A program made the translations under genes and the position numbers. From the NCBI RefSeq assembly GCF_001186125.1, contig NW_014040049.1, forward strand, positions 1 to 32,955: DNA of 32,955 bases, given 5' to 3'. The notes beneath the pieces are model-generated. The model searched no databases. It was not told the origin of the DNA and worked only from the letters and a program-made list of their open reading frames with translations. The DNA comes from Sphaeroforma arctica JP610. Its lineage: Eukaryota. This document shows, in pieces, positions 25,701-32,955 of the stretch; the first letter of the stretch is position 1; every line of letters starts with the position of its first letter.

Positions 25701-28700
25701 GACTCTCCAACATGCTGCTTTAAGAACGTGTACTTGCATCCTAAATTTTCTAGACTACTCAGTCGCTTTTGAAAACCTCGCACGTCAGCCGATCACCCCA
25801 TGTTGTATATACTTTGCCTTCTACCATTTGGTGTTTCTAACCATATTTGTATCCACTCCCACTCTGCAACTCGCCCAGGTAAACACGGGAAGTGGCCGGA
25901 TGCAAAGTGATCTGGAACTGCTCGTGACAGGCCATTCGTTGGGAGGTGCGCTAGCGACATTTGCGGCGTATGAGCTGTCGCTACACTTACAGATGTCTGT
26001 GCAACTGTACACATTCGGCTCTCCACGCACAGGCAATCAGTTCTGGGGCATGTACTTCGATGCGGCCGTGCCCAATTCGTACCGTGTGGTGTATGATGGT
26101 GACATTGTGACAGGTGGGTAGGTATATCTCCGGCCAGTGCAGAACACTTTGAGTTGAGGTCAAAGATAGTATAGACAATATGAGATCAGACTGGTTTTGA
26201 AACCTAAATTTCGATGCGGCCGTACTTGTAAAGTGTGGCGTGTGATGGCGACATTGTAACGGTGGGGAAGTATATCTAGAGTCAGCATAGATTACTTTAT
26301 TTCTGGTCAAAGGTAGTATAGACCAGATCAGATCGAGACATTGTTGGGATATGTATTTCGATGCGGCCCTGCCAAATTTTTACCGGGAGAGTGTATGATA
26401 GTGGCATCGTGATAGGATGGTAGGTATACTTTGTGTCAGTACAAATCGATTTCAGATGAAAGATAATATAGATTGCTGCAGATTAGATCAGTTCGGTTCG
26501 TGGGCACGTGCGACGATCGACCGCTCTGACCCCTTATCGCGTTTTGTATGACGACGGCAAAGTGGCAGGTGAATATGTAACATCTAAGTCAGAGCCTATC
26601 AGTCAGACTATAATTAGGAGATCAGGAAGAAAGTTTATTTCTGGACTTGTAGTGTTATGCGGTATTTAGTCGGTGCCTATATGCTGATAGTTCTGCTCCT
26701 TCACACATCGTGTCATGTAAAACCGCACCAGTTTTCGTAAGTATTTGTCCATTCGTGTCTATATGTCGATTGCTGACTTTGTCCGCCAGATGGATAAATC
26801 TAGGTTGTTCATGATTTGACCTATACTGGTATTGAGTGTAGCTTTGTATCTCGAAGTCTGACTGAACTGCATACCATTGCCAACTTTTCTCGATCAAACG
26901 CGACCACAGGAGTGCCCATGAAGATTCTTCTATACCGACACGTGGGCACACAGGTGGTGGTAGAACGGCATGGGAACACTATTATTTCCCCCACATTCGT
27001 AGAGAGAGTGTTCAGGTCTCGAAGGTATTTGTTCGTTGTATGTGAACTGGCCGATTAGTACTGTGTAAGTGAGGGTTTGGTGGTGATATGAACCTGTGCA
27101 TTGTCATACGTGTGGAGTCAACTGCAGATCTAGCTGTGAATTAGAGTTTTCTCGTCAGTCAGACTTGACATGTACCCCAATCTGTTGATTGTTGCATAAC
27201 TTAGACTATTTCGACGCATGCTAACACATTTTAAGCGAGATCACAGCGCTGGTGTAGATCGTGACACATCAAATACTTAATCTAGCACAACATGCCACTT
27301 GATATATAAACTCTGGACAGTCGCAGTACTCGGGAGATGCTGTAGCTCATCTAAGCCCATTGCACCACTCACGCGCTCTCACGAAATTCATCGCACTTGC
27401 AGGAAACGAGGAATCAATGCGCATATGTGCGGCAGTTACGAGGCAGCTCTGACCTCATGTGTGCGAGAGATAATCGGGTACTTGACCGAGAAGGATTCAA
27501 TGGACGATATATCAACACTGCGAACGATGAGGTATAGTGGATCTTTCACGGATGGTGAGCTGTGCATGCTGGCTGGTTTGAGACGAACGCCTGTGACAGG
27601 TGGGTGCAATTGTTTTCTTTTTTTGTTTGTCTATGTTTCTGGGTTGTCGGTTTGGGAGTGCTCGATGTTGCCTGTGTCCTAAGTAGCGTGTTACATGTTT
27701 TCTAACAGTCAATTGATGATCATACGTGGGCGCGTTTTCATTCCACGTCGAATAACCACACACAGTGTCTTCTATCTGCAACACCTAACATTGGATCGAA
27801 TAATGCAAACCCACTTGAGCAGTGGAGTGGCGATTGAACTCAATTGTATTACATTGCTATCACCACAGAAGACGACTTTGAGATGGAACATGCTGGTCTT
27901 TCGCCCAATGCATACCGATCAGCACTGCACCGTACACGCGAAGAAGAGCGGCATGAGTTGCAGGTATGTGCTATTACATATACTAGTTTTATTTTTTTTG
28001 TAGTTATATACTATTCGTTCTCGACCACTTAATTGTTGGAGAATGTGAGGTGTTTGTTATTCATGCTCCTGTCCCCAATCTGGTGCATGCGACTGCTAGT
28101 ATATACACTTGCTATCTACAATCACCGAGTTGAACGGATTTGTTTCAATCTCCATCGGTGAAGAAGAGTTCGAATCTCACGCTATTCAAAAAAAAATGAG
28201 ATTTATTTATCATTAAACTTCTCATCTATGTGCATATCTGCTCGAAAGTCCTAAGATTGTGAGCTATTTAGATGCAAGCGAATCAAGTGTTCTTCATCTA
28301 TATCACATGCACTGTGTCTACTGTGCATTAAACCAATGATTCATACCCTCTCCCACCCAATGCTTCGACAGGAAGTTGTACGGAATGCCGAGGCCTCATG
28401 GTCCGTGTACCGGATAGTCACACAACGCATCACGCGGTCTCTGAATTTAATCCGCAATATGTTCAGCGGTGAAAATATAAGTGACTATGACCAGCTGTTG
28501 CCCATGGACACATGGGATGAAGACAACGATAACATAGCCAAGCACACACCGATCAATCTCAATGACCAGGAGAGGGACTACGACGACGTCGAGCTCGACA
28601 GCGACCGAGTCCATCATGATTACCTGACTGCCACACGCACCTCATCGGACAGCACGCGGTTTAGTGAACGCTCGTTGTCAGCGAATAGTAACAGCGAATA

Positions 28701-31685
28701 CAAAATGAACCACATATCCGTGTCGGTGCCGCACCAATTAGATATATACGATGACAGGCTTGGGTACACCGGTAGCAGTAGCAGTAGACCGCCCAGTGCC
28801 ATTGGCCACGACCAACGGCACACGCAGAGCCGACCACATGCCGTGCCCGATATGAGTTTATTGGGAAGTCAACGACATGCACGCCCGGCCTCCTCCTTAA
28901 AGAACCAGGTGTGTTGTGTGAGTATATGTAAAGTTGTGGGCTTTGCGATTGTACCTGCAAATGCATATGGCTGCGCTTGGTACTTAAGCTTTTATAGGCT
29001 TGTACGCTTCGGCCCGGTACATCCGTATGAGGTAGGATTTGTGGCTTTCAGTGTGAGTAGAGACATGTTGCTGAGAATGGGTATGACACCCCTCGAAATC
29101 CCTGTCAGGGGAGATTTGTTTTTACCGCTATCGGGATGCTCTGCAGTACGCTGCTGATAGATGTGCGTACCCTGACATTCCCTGGTGCTCGTAGTTAGCG
29201 CAGACAACAGTCCGCTTAATAGCACCGATTTCAGATGCATAAGGGTTGAGATGATATGATTGTGCAAGAAATCGCCTATGTATTATGAAACTTTGTTGCA
29301 CTACATCCGCCGAAACGATGCCCTTTCGTTCGCTTGTTATTTGTTGCTCTTATAGTCATTAGGAATATATATTCCAAAGTTCAACAAAGCGAGTCGCGTC
29401 TAGGTGATCTCTAGTAGGCATTCACGTTAGCTTACTCGCTCGGGGCTTCCATAGAGTAAGTTCTCATCCCAAGTTTTTCGCAAAAAAAAATTTACAGGCG
29501 CCAGATACTGGAGGACGAATTCCTGCTTGGAAGCGTTCAGAGAGTGAGGAAGGCTACTCAGAGCGCTCCGTAAAGCTCTTTTCAAGCACCTCTATGGGAC
29601 ATACGCCCACCTCAAAACGTATGCTCCGATCCTGAATGCATTTACGCAGAAATTTGTGTCGTTTCATTTGATGACTTAATGTTCCTTGATACATTGCCCG
29701 CTCTTTATGTGTCCTAATGGGTTTGAGAAAACGCTCGCATGCGCAATTTAATGATATGCATGTGCTTTTTAATCAGTTATTGTATACAGCATACATTGAG
29801 ACATGTATATGAATCACATTTTTTAACCTTCCACCCTCCTCTCCCTTCCCCTTCCTCGCGTTCTTTTGCGCATGTATACACTCTGCTGATGCTTGTGTTT
29901 TTGATTAACTATTGCAGGAGCAAGTGAAGCCTACTTGTCGCCGCATTCAGGGTTTGCTGCTTCGAATAGGTCATTTGCGAACTCCTCGAACAGCTCGTTC
30001 GTTAACTCTGTCGTCTCCCGTCGATGTGGATCACATAAAATGTTACGATGGCCATGCAATCCACTAGAGCTGAGCGAAAGTGATAGCGAGTATGTGATAT
30101 TCGTACCGCGGCTGTGTTGCGGTACATAGACACGGTAGCGCGAAAGTAGGCAACAATGACTAGTGTTTAAGCCAATCGTGTGCATGAGATACGAATCTGA
30201 GGTAATAAGTATGACCACGCGTGTGTATGTTGGCTGGTTTTCTGTAGTACGTGTATATTGGTAGCGCATGTATACAGGTGTATATACTTAGCCTGTACAT
30301 CAGATATGGGAATACTATTTCTACGAACTTGTAGTACTGATGATCGGAAATTGAACTTCGTCACAGAGCCAGTATACGATGTAGTACACTAGCAACCGGA
30401 ATGCACACCAATCCTGACTTTGTATCTTATCAAATACCAAATCTTTTTACAGGCCAGAGGCTGATGAGCACGATTCCATTTTAGAGTCAGAAATACCACG
30501 CAGCTCAGAGTTCTCAACTATGCCAAACGGCAGTCGAACCTTAAGCCAGGGTAAGAATGGTGAAATGCAATGCTTTATAATCTACACCACTTTCATCGCC
30601 GTTGTGCGCTTTTCCTAGTTTTTCATGGTGACGTTGTGTAGCACAAATGCTCCAGTACTGTCCTCATACCCCATTGTATAGAAATAAGATTTTTCTGTTG
30701 GCAATCTTTGACTGGTAGCGTTTCAAGTCGTCTCATTCTCTACTATAAGAGTTTCTAATCATTGTGTTTTGTCGCAACGACAAAGTAAAAGGTCAACATC
30801 TGTACACTGGATGGGCGTGAACATAAACCATCACTTTAAGATGGCAGTAAGATTGAGTCGTAATTTTCGTGTGATTCTATCCGCACACCGACAGCTGGCA
30901 CTGACTTCTTGCACAATCTTGCGAATTTCCGAAGTGACAGCAAAGAAGAACAAGGTGAGCAAAAGGTTACAGAGTGTATTTGTATAGCTGTATGATTTGG
31001 ATGCAACTTGCTAATCGAGTCGATTGCAGCAAATTGATCTCTAATAGAATGTTCAGCACAATGCACTATGTTACACGAATTTGTATTTCTTTGTTCTTTC
31101 TCTACTGTGGTTTACCGCAGAGAATACCGGCAATATGCATCGTACTACAAAGAGGCCGATTCATTGTTGCATGTTGCTTTTTTTGTGATCTATCCACAGC
31201 ACGGAGCTTAATTTGCAATATGTTGCCCTTATAGTAGGTGATTTCTGAGGAGTTTGAAAGATGTATTTCTGTGCATGGCCCATGACTTAATTTCTTGTTT
31301 GGGTGACATCTTACCACACTCGATGCAGAATTAGGTGTTAATTGAATCGCCTGAGGCTGTTCGTTTGTACAATGGAGTTTGATGCTGTATTTATACCTGC
31401 AACATTGAGTTTTCTTTCGGATGAAATCCGCTATTACGTATTTTACCCGACACATCCTTATTATTGAACCAACAACCATCATGCAAAGATTTGGATGATT
31501 CAGTCAACCCGGAGGCAAAACTTATGGCCGGTGATGATTGGGACCTAGACAACTTCGATAGCACGGGTGGAATCGAAACACAAGCAAGCCATATTCGACC
31601 AGACATCGACATGGATTTGTCTACATTGAATTGGAACGGTGATGGGGAGACAAAGGACTCGCACGCAGGCGATGCAAATTCATAG
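12260..31685 (+). CDS. Large multi-pass membrane lipase: TMEM181/Wntless-like TM domain + Lipase_3 domain + disordered C-terminal tail, about 27 exons, about 1503 aa
   Basis: Phase-consistent GT-AG model: 12260-12910, 16895-17038, 17567-17917, 18280-18389, 18631-18763, 19188-19260, 19799-19901, 20167-20275, 20622-20687, 20885-21014, 21332-21424, 22016-22145, 22844-22896, 23090-23273, 24126-24254, 24728-24842, 25229-25384, 25879-26113, 26910-27024, 27403-27554, 27869-27963, 28372-28908, 29498-29618, 29918-30089, 30453-30550, 30895-30954, 31489-31685 (4512 nt, no internal stop). The join of exon 1 crosses an N gap, and the tail exons rest on splice signals and phase only, so both ends are less certain than the core. 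Confidence 0.8.
13395..13474. repeat. (TA)n(TG)n(TA)n microsatellite
   Basis: Directly visible. Confidence 0.95.
14310..14348. repeat. 8-bp tandem repeat (TGTGCGCC), about 5 copies
   Basis: Directly visible. Confidence 0.95.
15631..15704. repeat. 37-bp tandem duplication
   Basis: CTC(C/T)CAGCTCAACG(C/T)CTCAACCACTCACACAAGAGGG x2. Confidence 0.9.
16206..16465. repeat. Degenerate minisatellite-like tract
   Basis: Repeated TGTGAACCCTGACCAC-like units (16206-16325) followed by GTAGACTGTA/GTGAGTGT-like units (16383-16465). Confidence 0.7.
16545..16852. repeat. 20-N gap (16545-16564) followed by a (TG)n/(TA)n microsatellite block
   Basis: Directly visible. Confidence 0.95.
18631..22145 (+). other. 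TMEM181/Wntless-like seven-helix membrane region (exons 5-12 of the large gene)
   Basis: Spliced peptides TTEIVIRAVMLVVTF...LPEQRYVISLLVATVMYQNPL, VVFYMPKLVF, MPYLRTRFRQL and TVYNILLALIYLP parallel, in order, the TMEM181 motifs as I recall them (FEIWFRF...IEQKW..LL...LYNDPF, FYLPK, LAFVYSP). Exon 1 supplies RLEVMNKYQ plus a first TM helix, similar to the TMEM181 start. Confidence 0.65.
19330..19605. repeat. About 142-bp diverged tandem duplication in intron 6 of the large gene
   Basis: CTCTCGCGTGGCATTGCCT at 19405 and 19547. The flanking GTTAAATAT..TGTGTGCTC, CTGTATG.CTACCAA and ACACTTTGT segments are also duplicated. Confidence 0.85.
24126..27554 (+). other. Class-3 lipase (alpha/beta hydrolase) catalytic domain (exons 15-20 of the large gene)
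   Basis: Motifs in canonical order: SIQAY, LVVAFRGT (oxyanion region), KVHRGF, VTGHSLGGALA (nucleophile Ser), YTFGSPRTGN, RVVYDGDIVTGVP (catalytic Asp), YRHVG, and NAHMCGSY (probable catalytic His). Confidence 0.95.
26035..26600 (+). repeat. About 150-bp degenerate tandem repeat derived from the exon 18 / intron 18 junction, 3-4 copies
   Basis: TTCGATGCGGCC at 26056 (exon), 26210 and 26357, each followed by a variant of TATGATGGTGACATTGTGACAGGTGGGTAGGTATAT. A weaker fourth copy lies near 26490-26595. Confidence 0.85.
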
Positions 31686-32720
31686 CAATACGCCAGCATA
31701 TAATAAAATCAAAGATTAGTATAAAGTATTGATTTTGACTAAGCCATCGGCCGAGGTTTATATTGGCAGGTACATGAGATAGTCCTTCTGCACCGCTGAA
31801 GGAGCAGTGCCAAGAATTCTGAAGAAATGATATGAAGACTATTTTTTGACAAGACAATATACTGACTTGCCTGAATTTGGTGTGCAGACGCGCAAACTTT
31901 CGCGCAGTAATATATTTCGAAAGCTCATGGACGTTAACTGATTGACGTTGGCAGCTCACACGCTGTTCACCATTCTCACCGCCATTATTCCTTGCGGCCA
32001 GAGTCGATATCTGACCGAAGGATATCGTTACTACTCGGCCTCGACTTTCAAAGCTCACGAAGAGCATATCATTAAGAGTTATTAGACAGCAGGCAGAGAT
32101 CGCGTGGGCTTAAAAATAGGGCTGTCTCGTCGTGCGGTGTCTTTCACGATGTTCAGCCTTATTTGTTGAGGTCTACTGCCCGACAATGCCGGCTCTGCAT
32201 TGTAGGTATTTCGGTGACTGCTCGAGTGAACCTATAAAAGGGCTATTGGGGCAATTGGAGTGTGATTCAAGAACTGCTGGGCGATCTGAGCGGACACTCG
32301 CGCCGTATTCGCCTCACAATGCAAGTTATTCTTTGCGTAGCAGCCGGGATTCCTACCCATCGCCAAAACAAGTGTAGTCATGATGCAGACATTGTTCAAC
32401 GCAGTGGAAGTGGTGAATGGGCAGCGGCGGAGACAATCTCAAATAGGTTTGCAAACGATCTCTCTTGCTAGTCTACCATATAGAGCTTGACTTCTCAGAG
32501 GGTGCCAAAAAAGTGCAACTATTTTTATACCAAATCAGGGTAGAACTTGTAGATATTTTTCCTCAGCTTTGCTTCCATGCCCGGTTCGTCGTTAATTAGT
32601 TTGACGAAGAGTTGGATCGTGAGCCAAAGGACAATTTAAAGCAGATTGTTATGAAGTCAATCGTATCCACCGCAAATCCGAATGGGAGTCACTATATAAA
32701 AAAGGAACAGGTTTGTACCG

Positions 32721-32955
32721 TATATATATATATATATATACATATATATGTATATATGTATATATGTACATATGTATATATGTATATATGTATATATGTA
32801 TATGTGTATATATGTATCTATTTATATATGTATATATGTATATATGTATATATGTATATATGTATATATGTATATTTATGTATATATATGTATATATATG
32901 TATATATGTGTATATATATATATGTATATATATGTAAATATATGTATATATATGT
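32721..32955. repeat. (TA)n/(TATATG)n microsatellite running to the window end
   Basis: Directly visible. Confidence 0.95.

Noticed and set aside
26035..26600. Regularly spaced repeats as a CRISPR array (also 5262-5394 and 15631-15704)
   Set aside because: The intervening sequences are themselves homologous, the repeats are diverged, there are no cas genes, and the locus is eukaryotic.
31621..32471. ORFs 31621-32067 (-), 32132-32377 (+) and 32262-32471 (+)
   Set aside because: Non-ATG starts, no recognisable motifs and no consistent splice chain.
32525..32692. Minus-strand peptide [36 protein letters not shown] as the last exon of a downstream gene
   Set aside because: An in-frame stop separates it from the nearest acceptor, a frameshift would be needed, and no family is recognisable.

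Overview
Eukaryotic, intron-rich genomic DNA with GT-AG introns, long (TA)n/(TG)n/(TATG)n microsatellites and two 20-N scaffold gaps (11016-11035, 16545-16564). The organism cannot be fixed from sequence alone; it looks protist-like, possibly a unicellular holozoan. Manual splicing gives three protein-coding genes, two of which the ORF track shows only as fragments. (1) An intronless three-domain multicopper oxidase with a signal peptide (+, 3430-5043). (2) A 10-exon base-exchange phosphatidylserine synthase, PTDSS1/PSS-like (-, 10139-5511, 443 aa). (3) A roughly 27-exon, about 1,500-aa gene (+, 12260-31685) joining a TMEM181/Wntless-like multi-pass membrane domain to an intact class-3 lipase and a long disordered tail. 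The most interesting candidate system is this membrane-domain/lipase fusion lying head-to-head with the PS synthase. AT-rich, repeat-laden blocks (about 1-3200, 11080-12000, 13400-16850) look like decayed mobile DNA. Homology calls come from remembered family motifs; no database search was run.
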